Origin: Candidatus Fraserbacteria bacterium
GTDB lineage: Bacteria > Bipolaricaulota > Bipolaricaulia > RBG-16-55-9 > DRXL01
Reading direction: 5' to 3'
DNA length: 64,000 bases
Assembly: GCA_947085185.1 (NCBI GenBank)
Contig: CAMTVK010000003.1
Span: forward strand, 149,047-213,046
Shown here: positions 1 through 11,372 of the stretch, in pieces
How the letters are laid out: every line of letters begins with the position of its first letter
Numbering within the stretch: the stretch's first letter is position 1
Position numbers and translations under genes: made by a program
Notes under the pieces: generated by a model
Databases searched by the model: none
The model's input: the letters and a program-made list of their open reading frames with translations, nothing else
Told to the model about the DNA's origin: nothing

Positions 1-763
<763 letters not shown>

Positions 764-769
764 TCAATC

Positions 770-2761
<1,992 letters not shown>

Positions 2762-2900
2762 TGCTGTGGAGTGATTATACCCCAGAGGCAGGCTGAAGAC
2801 CAAGGGGTGAGGGGGCTGTAATGGGTGCGGCATCTTTTATAATCAATGGGTGCACCAAAACGTTCCGGTAACGATCTCTTGGCGCACTAACTAGCTGTAT

Positions 2901-2928
2901 TTGACAATCCCTGTTTTTCCAGTAAGAT
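2901..2928 (+). promoter_or_regulatory. sigma70-type promoter of infA
   Basis: TTGACA (2901) -16 nt- TAAGAT (2923). Confidence 0.6.
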
Positions 2929-2961
2929 GGATGCACCCCAGCCGAAGAAGGAGGTATCATC

Positions 2962-3180
2962 ATAGCGCGCGAAGATAATCTTGTGCGACGCGACGGCATC
3001 GTCGTTGCCGCCCCCAACCATGAACTGTATAAGATTGCTTTAGGCGACGGCCATGAGATCACAGCATACTGTTGCGGCCGGATGCGGCGCTATCGCATTC
3101 GTATTCTCGTAGGTGACCGAGTCTCCGTAGAGTTTTCGCCCTATGACGTCAGTCAAGGGCGCATCGTCTATCGCTACTGA
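2962..3180 (+). CDS. infA: translation initiation factor IF-1, probable ATA start
   Basis: GRMRRYRIRILVGDRVSVEFSPYDVSQGRIVYR is the IF-1 signature. In-frame ATA at 2962 follows SD AAGGAGGT and gives (M)AREDN. Confidence 0.9.
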   Translation: MAREDNLVRRDGIVVAAPNHELYKIALGDGHEITAYCCGRMRRYRIRILVGDRVSVEFSPYDVSQGRIVYRY

Positions 3181-3202
3181 GCCGTGACTGCGGAGAGAGA
3201 GC

Positions 3203-3370
3203 ATGAGAAACGTGAAGCGTGTCTTGGAACGCTATCGCGCTGGGGAGCTGTCAGTCTACGACGTCGCTCGCGCGCTCAAGATCAGCTTGCTGCACGCTGA
3301 ACGTCTCATCAGCCAGATGCAGCCTATTGCTCAAAGCTCTGAATCCAAGGCCCAAGACGACAAGAGATAA
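3203..3370 (+). CDS. small HTH-like protein (UPF0175-like), 55 aa
   Basis: MRNVKRVLERYRAGELSVYDVARALKISLLHAERLISQMQ… with a GGAGAG SD. Below the ORF-track size cutoff. Confidence 0.55.
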   Translation: MRNVKRVLERYRAGELSVYDVARALKISLLHAERLISQMQPIAQSSESKAQDDKR

Positions 3371-3402
3371 CATCGTCACCGCCAACGATTATTCTCTAGG
3401 CT

Positions 3403-4071
3403 ATGACCGCTCACGAGAGATTCCTCCAGATCGCTCAGCGCTTGGAGAAAAGATTCGGAAGGATCCAATGGGAAAGCCACGGCGACCCCCTCGACGTCTT
3501 AGTCTTGACAATTCTCTCGCAAAACACCAACGACCAGAATCGCGATCGAGCCTATGAGTCGCTCAAGAGAGAGTTCCCCACCTACGAGAGCATCGTGCGC
3601 GCGCCCACCGAAAGAGTCGCCGAGGCGATCAAAGTCGGCGGGCTCCATCGTCAGAAAGCTAAGCGCATCCAAGAGATCTTACGGCGCATCAAGCGCGAGC
3701 GCGGTGAGTACGATCTGAGCTATCTCAAAGACTTAAGCACCGAAGAAGCCGTCCGAGAGCTTCTCAAATTTGACGGTGTAGGGAAGAAGACTGCCGGGGT
3801 CGTGCTCACGTTCAGCCTGAATAAGCCCTACTTCCCCGTCGACACCCATATTCATAGAATCACCCAGCGCCTCGGACTAGTGAAGAAGCATCAAGATCCG
3901 CACGACGTGATGAACGCGCTCGTCCCGGATCACTTAAAATATCAGGTGCACTTGCACTTGATCTGGCATGGGCGCCAGACGTGCACGGCCCGCAGGCCCC
4001 GCTGCGATCAGTGCATGATCGCCGATCTGTGCCCATATCCGAAGAAATTACGCGCTAGATCTCTTAGTTAG
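3403..4071 (+). CDS. nth: endonuclease III (HhH-GPD, 4Fe-4S)
   Basis: ILSQNTND, FDGVGKKTA, PVDTHIHR, C-x6-C-x2-C-x5-C. Confidence 0.92.
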   Translation: MTAHERFLQIAQRLEKRFGRIQWESHGDPLDVLVLTILSQNTNDQNRDRAYESLKREFPTYESIVRAPTERVAEAIKVGGLHRQKAKRIQEILRRIKRERGEYDLSYLKDLSTEEAVRELLKFDGVGKKTAGVVLTFSLNKPYFPVDTHIHRITQRLGLVKKHQDPHDVMNALVPDHLKYQVHLHLIWHGRQTCTARRPRCDQCMIADLCPYPKKLRARSLS

Positions 4072-4416
4072 GGGAACAGCAACAGCTCGTTGCAACCGAG
4101 CCTGTACTTCCTCCCAGTCCAGCTCAGATAGATGCCCAACTACCTTCACGCTGGCTTTGGGTAGCGTCACTAGAAACGTACGGAATGCGGAGGGGTATCG
4201 TAGACCGGCTACAACCCAGTCTTTGAGAACGTAATCCGTGGCAGTTATAGCGCTCTCGATCTGACTGGTCAAAAGCCCAATAATCACATCAGGACGAGCA
4301 GTATGATACATGTCCGTTGAAACCACCACAGCGGGGCGTCTCTTGAGACCCTCCACTCCTGGAAAACTCACAACGACAACATCCCCAGGATGGATTGCTT
4401 TCCTAGCTCTTCTCAT
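4048..4416 (-). CDS. PemK/MazF family toxin
   Basis: GDVVVVSFP…KRRPAVVVS motif; overlaps a small upstream partner gene. Confidence 0.85.
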   Translation of the reverse strand: MRRARKAIHPGDVVVVSFPGVEGLKRRPAVVVSTDMYHTARPDVIIGLLTSQIESAITATDYVLKDWVVAGLRYPSAFRTFLVTLPKASVKVVGHLSELDWEEVQARLQRAVAVPLTKRSSA

Positions 4417-4603
4417 TCGCTTCTGCGCCATATCTCAACGAAGCTCTCACAACATCCTGTAAATCTTCCTCATTCCACGCTGTATGCTCATCTACGAGGG
4501 GAATGACGTCGTTCAGTATGAGAGCAGCTAAACGCAACCGCTCCTTTAAAGAGAGCTGACGCACGACCTTGGTGTAGATTCTGTCTGCAGTTTGAGCTGT
4601 CAT
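4403..4603 (-). CDS. putative antitoxin of the PemK-like toxin
   Basis: 66-aa acidic protein directly upstream of and overlapping the toxin; GGAGG SD. Confidence 0.7.
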   Translation of the reverse strand: MTAQTADRIYTKVVRQLSLKERLRLAALILNDVIPLVDEHTAWNEEDLQDVVRASLRYGAEANEKS

Positions 4604-4651
4604 ATCATGGCCTCCCTTGGTATTCTAGCAAGGGAACCCCAGGGTGTCGAA

Positions 4652-5383
4652 TCACGAGCCTTTCAATCGGTGCAAGACACCCTCAAAATCTTGGGGCAGC
4701 GGCGCTTCAAAGCGCACTCTTTGTGCTGTCGTCGGATGGACGAGCTCGATCGCCACAGCGTGCAGGAGCATGCGGGTCACACCCAGCTCTTGACGGAGCT
4801 TTTCGTTCAGTTCGGCTCTTCCGTAGAGATCGTCTCCGGCGATGGGGCAGCCCACGGCAGCCAAGTGCGCCCGCACTTGATGGGTCCGTCCCGTGCGCGG
4901 ATAGACCGCAACATACGAGAGCTTTTCGCTGGCCCACTCAAAAAGCTCTAGACGCTTATAGTCCGTCTGGGCGTAGATGCCCCCGCGCTTGACGGGCACC
5001 ATCAGCACCAGCCAGCGCTTCCGATCCATCTGCTTCTGCAAGTGCCATCGAATCGAGCCCTGCGGACGGATCTCGCCGATCACGAGCGCCCGATACTCCT
5101 TCTGGATCTCTTTGAACTTGAGTTGGCGATTCAAAGAGCGTGCGGCTTCTTTGGACTTGGCAAGCACCGTGACGCCCGAGGTCTCTTTATCTAAACGATG
5201 GACGAACGCGGGCGTAAAATCCGAAGTGAAACCCGATCCTCTCAGATATTCTCGCGCGTGAGCCAGCAGCGTCGGCTCTCCTGAACGATCTCCGTGCATG
5301 AGCCAGCCTGCCGGCTTGTCGAGCACTAAGAGCGTATCGTCTTCGTAGAGAACGCGCTCAGCGAAGGGCATCGACGTCCACAT
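4652..5383 (-). CDS. RluA family pseudouridine synthase
   Basis: DKPAGW, VHRLDKETSG, TGRTHQVRAH, PIAGDDLYG; exact start uncertain. Confidence 0.92.
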   Translation of the reverse strand: MWTSMPFAERVLYEDDTLLVLDKPAGWLMHGDRSGEPTLLAHAREYLRGSGFTSDFTPAFVHRLDKETSGVTVLAKSKEAARSLNRQLKFKEIQKEYRALVIGEIRPQGSIRWHLQKQMDRKRWLVLMVPVKRGGIYAQTDYKRLELFEWASEKLSYVAVYPRTGRTHQVRAHLAAVGCPIAGDDLYGRAELNEKLRQELGVTRMLLHAVAIELVHPTTAQRVRFEAPLPQDFEGVLHRLKGS

Positions 5384-5500
5384 GTTGCTTCGGCTCCATG
5401 CACAAGGTATTATGAAACAATCTCTACGCAAGCGCAACAGGAGGCCCCATGCTGCCTATCTGGGTGCCCTCGAACGCTGCGCACCTGAAAGGAGCAGATC

Positions 5501-6295
5501 ATGAACTACCAGACGATCCTCTACGAAGTCGCAGACGGTGCCGCCACCATTACCCTCAACCGTCCTGACGTGCTGAACGCCGCGAATCTTCAGATGCTGA
5601 GAGAGTTGCACACCGCGATAGAAGCCGTGCGCACCGACGCGAGCGTGCGCGCTGTCGTGCTCACAGGGGGTGAGCGAGCCTTTTGCGCTGGAGCTGATCT
5701 TGCGGGCATGGGCGAGGGCTTTGATGTACAGAATCCCTTGGATGTGCGGCGCTGGCTCGTCGAGCTCTTCAATCCCTTGATTTTGAAGATCTTCGAGATG
5801 GAGAAGCCGTGGATCGCGGCGGTCAACGGCGTCGCTGCCGGAGGGGGATGTCAGCTTGCGCTGGCGTGCGATCTCGTCGTGATCGCCGAAGACGCGTATT
5901 TCTGCGAGATTTTTGCGCAGCGTGGGCTGGTCGTAGACTTAGGAGGGCTGTTCTTGCTTCCCAGACTTGTCGGGCTGCACAAAGCCAAAGAGCTGGCGTT
6001 CTTCGCTGAAAAGATCTATGGCCCACAAGCAGTCGCATTAGGACTGGCCAATAGGTGCCTCCCCAGGGGGGATCTGCTTCACGTAGCCCGCGACTGGGCC
6101 AAAAGATTAGCTGAAGGCCCAACTGTTGCTCTAGGGCTGATGAAGCTCGGTATGAACCGCGGGCTGCAGATGGCACTCTCTGACGTGATGTACTACGAGG
6201 CTGCCGCGCAAGCGCTCGCGATACAAACCCACGACGTGCGGGAGGGCCTGCAGGCGTTCCTCGAAAAGAGAGCTCCAAAGTTCCAGGGACGGTAG
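5501..6295 (+). CDS. enoyl-CoA hydratase/isomerase family (PaaG-like)
   Basis: LNRPDVLNA, AFCAGADL, AVNGVAAGGG, AFLEKRAPKFQG. Confidence 0.92.
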   Translation: MNYQTILYEVADGAATITLNRPDVLNAANLQMLRELHTAIEAVRTDASVRAVVLTGGERAFCAGADLAGMGEGFDVQNPLDVRRWLVELFNPLILKIFEMEKPWIAAVNGVAAGGGCQLALACDLVVIAEDAYFCEIFAQRGLVVDLGGLFLLPRLVGLHKAKELAFFAEKIYGPQAVALGLANRCLPRGDLLHVARDWAKRLAEGPTVALGLMKLGMNRGLQMALSDVMYYEAAAQALAIQTHDVREGLQAFLEKRAPKFQGR

Positions 6296-6389
6296 AACTG
6301 GACGAGTCCGACGATAAAGCGCACTGGCTTGCCAAAACACCCAGCGAGCGTCTCCAAGCCCTCGAGCTCATCCGGCAAATAGTCTATGG

Positions 6390-6917
6390 CTACCGTGACA
6401 ATTCGAGCAGCTTATACGCCACAACAGCCGCTGCGGCGGCCACCGTGAGCGAGCGCGTCACCCCCAGCATCGGCAGCTCGACAATGATATCAGCCAGTTC
6501 TAAGACCTCCTGGGAAACCCCGTATGTCTCGTGCCCCACGATGAGCACCGCCGGCAGCCGAGCGACCAGCTCAGCGTAAGAGACGCTTCGGGGGTGTTGC
6601 TCAATAGCGATGATCGTCTTGCCTTGGGCTTTGAGCTCCCGGATTGCTGAGATCGCATCAGGACGATGCTCCCAAGGGACCCACTGCTCGGTACCCACAG
6701 CGGCTTTGTGAATTCTAGGATGAGGGGGCGTGGGCGTCTGCCCACACAGATAGATCTTTTCAGCAGCGACAGCATCAGCGACGCGAAAGAGCGCCCCAAC
6801 GTTAAACGTATCTTGCACGTTATCGACCACGAAGCTGATGGGCTGGCGCGGGATAGACGCGATCTCTTGGGGAGTGGGCGTTCCCTTGCGCAGCGCGCGC
6901 GGCGGAAGCTTCTTCAT
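6390..6917 (-). CDS. SpoU/TrmH family RNA methyltransferase
   Basis: DNVQDTFNVGALFR, GHETYGV, LPMLGVTRSL. Confidence 0.88.
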   Translation of the reverse strand: MKKLPPRALRKGTPTPQEIASIPRQPISFVVDNVQDTFNVGALFRVADAVAAEKIYLCGQTPTPPHPRIHKAAVGTEQWVPWEHRPDAISAIRELKAQGKTIIAIEQHPRSVSYAELVARLPAVLIVGHETYGVSQEVLELADIIVELPMLGVTRSLTVAAAAAVVAYKLLELSR

Positions 6918-8371
6918 CGCGATGTGAGCTTGCTCTGTAACACCCTTGCCGTGAAGCTTGCCAGATCACGAAAGAGCTTTTCGATCTGTGCTTCTTTCTC
7001 TTGGGGAGCAAGCTTCAGATGCGCATCAATGCGAGATGCCATCTCGTGCATCTCGCTGGGGTCGGCCCACGGTTCCAGATGGTGCAAGAGCAATCTGTGC
7101 GCGCCCTTGCGCTCCATCACCTCCAGCCCGTCGAGCATCTGCCGATGGGGCGTCCCCTCCCAGATAGAGAGAATCATCGCTTCGCGCAGCCAGCGATCCA
7201 TCCCAAACTCAGCCAACGTCCCGATCCCGCCGTAGACCTCCATAGCCCACTTGGCCGTCTGCGCTGCGAACTCCGCCGTCCAATACTTCGCCAAGTGCGC
7301 GATCAACCGAAAGAGCTGATACTCTTCAGAATACGGCGGCGTCTGACGCCACACGCTCTCCAAGAGCGTCACGGCCTCCCACGCGAGCGCAAACGCGCTC
7401 TCCAGCTGAGCTATACGATCTGCGCACTGCTTGCGCAAGAGCGCATGTTCAATGATCGTCCTGCCAAACGCCGCGCGCTCTTGCGCGAAGCTCAGCGCAT
7501 CAGCGAGCGCGCGCTGCGCGAGCGCGACGCTCCCAATGCTGTTGGCTACCCGCGAGAGATTCAAGACCTCCAAGATCAGATAGACGCCCCACTCCGTCTT
7601 GCCCAGCAGATACGCTTCGCTCTCTTTGAGTTCGACTTCACCGGTGGGCACGGAGCGCGTGGCGATCTTGTCTTTCAGTCTTCTGATAGTGTAGTTGAGG
7701 CTCCCATCGTGGCGATATTTAGGGAGCAGAAAGAGCGCCAGACCGCGCACGGTCTTCGGTGCCCCCTCCGGGCGAGCCGCCACGACCGCTAACTCTGCCC
7801 CAGCGTTGCTCGCAAAATATTTTTCGCCCGTGAGCACCCAATGATCCCCCGCAGGCTTGGCGATAGTCTCAACGGCAGCGCCCAAATCTGAGCCGCCCTT
7901 CACTTCCGTCATCCATGTTGCGCCTTGCCAGACGGTCTCGTCGCGCTTCAACAGCTCCGGCAGAAAACGAGCTTTGACGCTCTCAGCTCCATATTTTTCT
8001 AACGGCACCGCCGTCGCGAGCGAGACCGTATACGGACAATAGAGCCCCGGATCGTAGAACGACGTCACATAGCCCAACAGATACGAAGAAATCAGAGATC
8101 TTTCGTCAAAGACGCGCCAGACGATCCCGGTCTTGTAGCCGTGATGCAGCAGCTTCCAATACTCTGGGAGAAAGAGGATCTCGTCAATGCGCTTGCCGAA
8201 GCGGTCGAACATCTTCAGCCAGGGGGTGCCAGCTCGATCTATTTGTGCAGAGATCGCCTTGCCTTCATGCTCCCAAAACGCCTCGGAAGCTCTCAGAGCC
8301 TGCTCACACGCCACAGCACCAAGCATCTGCTTTAAGAACGTCACCGGCGAAGAGAGTCTTTCCCAGCTCAT
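6914..8371 (-). CDS. acyl-CoA dehydrogenase (AidB-like)
   Basis: ATWMTEVKGGSDLG, RRLKDKIATRSVPTGE, IWEGT. Confidence 0.9.
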   Translation of the reverse strand: MSWERLSSPVTFLKQMLGAVACEQALRASEAFWEHEGKAISAQIDRAGTPWLKMFDRFGKRIDEILFLPEYWKLLHHGYKTGIVWRVFDERSLISSYLLGYVTSFYDPGLYCPYTVSLATAVPLEKYGAESVKARFLPELLKRDETVWQGATWMTEVKGGSDLGAAVETIAKPAGDHWVLTGEKYFASNAGAELAVVAARPEGAPKTVRGLALFLLPKYRHDGSLNYTIRRLKDKIATRSVPTGEVELKESEAYLLGKTEWGVYLILEVLNLSRVANSIGSVALAQRALADALSFAQERAAFGRTIIEHALLRKQCADRIAQLESAFALAWEAVTLLESVWRQTPPYSEEYQLFRLIAHLAKYWTAEFAAQTAKWAMEVYGGIGTLAEFGMDRWLREAMILSIWEGTPHRQMLDGLEVMERKGAHRLLLHHLEPWADPSEMHEMASRIDAHLKLAPQEKEAQIEKLFRDLASFTARVLQSKLTSR

Positions 8372-8430
8372 AGTGCCTCCTTATGATTAGATTACGACAC
8401 CGTCTTCCCAGAATCAACTCGAATCGCTAA

Positions 8431-8503
8431 GATCACGAAAGACGCGCGGGAAACGCTGAAGCTTCCGTGTCATCCGCGCTTTTCCGCGCCTCCCGTGATT
8501 CAA
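8431..8503. repeat. palindromic intergenic repeat (CACGGAA/TTCCGTG family), degenerate copy 1
   Basis: …TTCCGTGTCATCCGCGCTTTTCCGCGCCTCCCGTGATTCAA matches the copies at 20057 and 30986. Confidence 0.65.
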
Positions 8504-8548
8504 CCACCTAAGCTCGCTATAATAAGCAAACAGATAAAGGAGGCTTCC

Positions 8549-8875
8549 GTGATCCCCCTAGAAGACTTTCAGAAGATCGAATTGCGCGTCGCGACGATCT
8601 TAGCTGCTGAGCGCGTCCCCGGCACAGATAAGCTGGTGAAGCTCCAAGTCGATCTCGGCAGCGAGCAGCGCCAGCTTGTCGCAGGGATCGCCAAGCACTA
8701 TGCCCCAGAAGAGCTCGTGGGCACGCAGATCGTCGTCGTGGCGAATCTGCAGCCCGCGGTCATCCGCGGCGTCGCATCACAGGGAATGCTGTTGGCCGCC
8801 AGCACCGACGATCAGTCGCAGCTGGCGCTGGTCACGCTCCAGCGCCCCATGCCCAACGGCTGCCGCGTCACGTGA
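8549..8875 (+). CDS. tRNA-binding OB-fold protein (MetRS C-terminal/Trbp111/CsaA-like)
   Basis: EDFQKIELRVATI…DKL…DLG…RQLVAGI…ANLQP…SQGMLLAA; SD AAGGAGG before GTG 8549. Confidence 0.88.
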   Translation: MIPLEDFQKIELRVATILAAERVPGTDKLVKLQVDLGSEQRQLVAGIAKHYAPEELVGTQIVVVANLQPAVIRGVASQGMLLAASTDDQSQLALVTLQRPMPNGCRVT

Positions 8876-8938
8876 ATTTGACGCAGCACTCCAGAGCACC
8901 GTAAGATAGAACGACTCTCCTATGAGGAGGCGACGACC

Positions 8939-9583
8939 GTGAGGATCGGCGCGATTGCTCTTGTTCTCTTGATGAACACCATGCTCTTGATGAGCTGCGG
9001 AGGGCCAAGGTCCCAACGGCACGCAGAAAGCCCCAAAACCCCGACTCCCCCTTCTGCCCCCCCCACCGTGCACCCCAGCCCACCGCCGCCGTCTCCGCCC
9101 TCTGGAAGCACAAGCATCAACCCCGTGGCCATCGTCGAGACGAGCATGGGCACGTTCAAGATCGAGCTCTTCCAAGATAAAGCCCCAAAGACCGTGCAGA
9201 ACTTTATAGAGTTAGTCCAGCGCGGCTTTTACAAAGAAATGATCTTTCACCGGGTCGTCGCTGGATTTGTAATTCAGACGGGCGATCCCACGGGGACCGG
9301 CCGGGGCGGCTCGGAGAAGAGAATCAAGTTAGAGATTCATCCCGATCTCAAGCACGACAGCGCGGGGATCGTCGGCATGGCCCGAGCCCAAGACCCCGAT
9401 AGCGCCACAAGCCAGTTCTATGTCACCCTGGGCCCTGCCCCTCATCTCGACGGCAAGTACGCGATCTTCGGCAGGGTGATCGAGGGGCTGGATGTCGTCA
9501 TGGCCATCGGACAGGTCGAAGTCGGCCCCGGTGACCGCCCCGTCGTCCCCGTCGCACTGAAGAGGATCTCCATGCGACAGTAA
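8939..9583 (+). CDS. cyclophilin-type peptidyl-prolyl isomerase, lipoprotein with Pro-rich linker
   Basis: LLMSC lipobox; [41 protein letters not shown]. Confidence 0.92.
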   Translation: MRIGAIALVLLMNTMLLMSCGGPRSQRHAESPKTPTPPSAPPTVHPSPPPPSPPSGSTSINPVAIVETSMGTFKIELFQDKAPKTVQNFIELVQRGFYKEMIFHRVVAGFVIQTGDPTGTGRGGSEKRIKLEIHPDLKHDSAGIVGMARAQDPDSATSQFYVTLGPAPHLDGKYAIFGRVIEGLDVVMAIGQVEVGPGDRPVVPVALKRISMRQ

Positions 9584-9601
9584 TCTCAAAGCGAGGTGCC
9601 T

Positions 9602-10744
9602 ATGGACTTCTCCCTCACGCCCGACCAAGAGCTCTTTCGCAAGTCGGCCCGAGAGTTCGCGCTCAAAGAGTTGGAGCCCATCGCGACGGAATTAGATCGG
9701 GAGCATCGCGTTCCTATCGAAATACTGAAGAAGCTCGGTGAGCTGGGCTATCTGGGCATGACCGTCCCGGAGAAGTACGGGGGCATCGGCGCGGATATGC
9801 TGAGCTATGTGCTCGTGATGGAAGAGCTCTCGCGCTCGTGTGCTTCGACCTCGACGGCGTTCAGTGTGCAGAATTCCCTCTGTAATGCGCTGTTAGTCGA
9901 ATTTGGCAGCGAAGCGCAAAAGCACAAATATCTGCCTGATCTGGCCGCGGGCAAGAGATTTGGGGCGTTCGCGCTCACCGAGCCCGAAGCGGGTTCCGAC
10001 GCCGCGGGCCTGAGGACGACCGCCGTCGCCACGGGGGATTCTTTTATTCTCAACGGCACCAAGCGCTTTATTACGAGCGCCGGATTCGCTGATATATTTT
10101 TAGTCTTCGCGCTCACCGACCCGGCCGCGGGCAACCGGGGCGTCAGCTGCTTCATCGTCGAGCGCGGCACCTCGGGCTTTACCGTGGGCAAAGAAGAAGA
10201 GAAGCTCGGCATCCGCGGCACAAGCACGTGCGAGCTCTTCTTTGAAGATTGCCGTATCCCCAAAGAGAACTTAGTTGGCGAACTCAATCGTGGCTTCAAG
10301 GTCGCCATGGTCACGCTCGATTCGGGGAGGATCGCGATCGCTGCGCAAGCCGTAGGCATCGCCCAAGCGGCCCTCGATGAAGCCATAAAATATTCGAAAG
10401 AGCGCAAAGCTTTTGGAAAGTCTCTCAGCGAGTTCCAGGCGATCCAGTTCAAGCTCGCCGATATGAAAGCCAAAGTCGAGGCTGCAAGGCTGCTGACGTA
10501 CAAAGCCGCCTGGAAGAAAGATCACAAGCTCGACTATATTATGGACTCTTCGATCGCTAAGCTCTACGCCGCGGAGATCGCCAGCGAGGTCGCCGATCAA
10601 GCCCTGCAGATTCACGGCGGCTACGGCTACATCCGAGACTACAAAGTCGAACGACTCTACAGAGATGCGCGCATCACGCGCATTTATGAGGGCACCAGCG
10701 AAATCCAGAAGCTCATCATTGCCAGAGAGCTCGTCAAAGATTAA
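9602..10744 (+). CDS. short-chain (butyryl-type) acyl-CoA dehydrogenase
   Basis: FALTEPEAGSDA, KLGIRG, QIHGGYGY, IYEGTSEIQK. Confidence 0.93.
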   Translation: MDFSLTPDQELFRKSAREFALKELEPIATELDREHRVPIEILKKLGELGYLGMTVPEKYGGIGADMLSYVLVMEELSRSCASTSTAFSVQNSLCNALLVEFGSEAQKHKYLPDLAAGKRFGAFALTEPEAGSDAAGLRTTAVATGDSFILNGTKRFITSAGFADIFLVFALTDPAAGNRGVSCFIVERGTSGFTVGKEEEKLGIRGTSTCELFFEDCRIPKENLVGELNRGFKVAMVTLDSGRIAIAAQAVGIAQAALDEAIKYSKERKAFGKSLSEFQAIQFKLADMKAKVEAARLLTYKAAWKKDHKLDYIMDSSIAKLYAAEIASEVADQALQIHGGYGYIRDYKVERLYRDARITRIYEGTSEIQKLIIARELVKD

Positions 10745-10784
10745 AAAAAAAAGCAGCCCGATCTTCCCAGAGAGATCGGGCTGC
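10743..10784 (-). terminator. intrinsic terminator of hsp20, probably bidirectional
   Basis: GCAGCCCGATCT-N8-AGATCGGGCTGC stem with A10 on the + strand (U-tract on the - strand). Confidence 0.8.
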
Positions 10785-10791
10785 GCTTGCG

Positions 10792-11247
10792 TCACTCGAC
10801 CTTGATCTCGATGGGCTTCTCTTTTTGTTTGAGCGACTCCCGCAGCGGGACCGTCACCTTCAAGATGCCGTCCTCGAAGCTGGCCTTGATCTTCTTGGGA
10901 TCGTCGGCCTGCTCGGGGAGCGGGAAGACCCTCTGGAACTTCCCGTAGTGACGGCCGATGCGGAAGTAGTTCTCGCGCTCGATGCGCTCATCGCGCTTGA
11001 CCTCGCCGCTGATGACGAGCCGACCGTCCTCGACCTTGATCTCGAGGTCGCCCTTTTTGACCCCAGGCAGCTCCGTCTCGTAGATGAGCTTCCCGTCTTT
11101 CTCGTAGATGTCGGTCCGCCCGAAGGTCTCCAAGGGTGCCCAATCGAAGAGGCTGCGGTCGAAGTCGGCAAAGAGCTCATCCATCAGGCGGCTCAGCCGC
11201 GTCGAGATGGCGAAGGGTTCCCTCCACAGTTCCGGCAGTCTGGCCAT
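10792..11247 (-). CDS. Hsp20/alpha-crystallin small heat shock protein
   Basis: ELPGVKKGD, GKFQRVFPLP, ASFEDGILKVTVP. Confidence 0.93.
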   Translation of the reverse strand: MARLPELWREPFAISTRLSRLMDELFADFDRSLFDWAPLETFGRTDIYEKDGKLIYETELPGVKKGDLEIKVEDGRLVISGEVKRDERIERENYFRIGRHYGKFQRVFPLPEQADDPKKIKASFEDGILKVTVPLRESLKQKEKPIEIKVE

Positions 11248-11287
11248 GATCCCACCTCCTTCTTTGCTGTTCCGGCTTTTCTTAGAA

Positions 11288-11314
11288 TTAGCAGACTCGA
11301 CTCAAGTCTGCTAA
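11288..11314 (-). promoter_or_regulatory. CIRCE-like (HrcA) operator variant
   Basis: Perfect 9-9-9 inverted repeat TTAGCAGAC-N9-GTCTGCTAA between the promoter and hsp20; canonical CIRCE is TTAGCACTC-N9-GAGTGCTAA. Confidence 0.8.
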
Positions 11315-11318
11315 CCGT

Positions 11319-11347
11319 ATTATAACAGCCGGGGGCCACTTTGTCAA
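11319..11347 (-). promoter_or_regulatory. consensus sigma70 promoter of hsp20
   Basis: Minus strand TTGACA-17-TATAAT. Confidence 0.85.
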
Positions 11348-11372
11348 GTTTTCAGAATAGATGCGAAAAATC

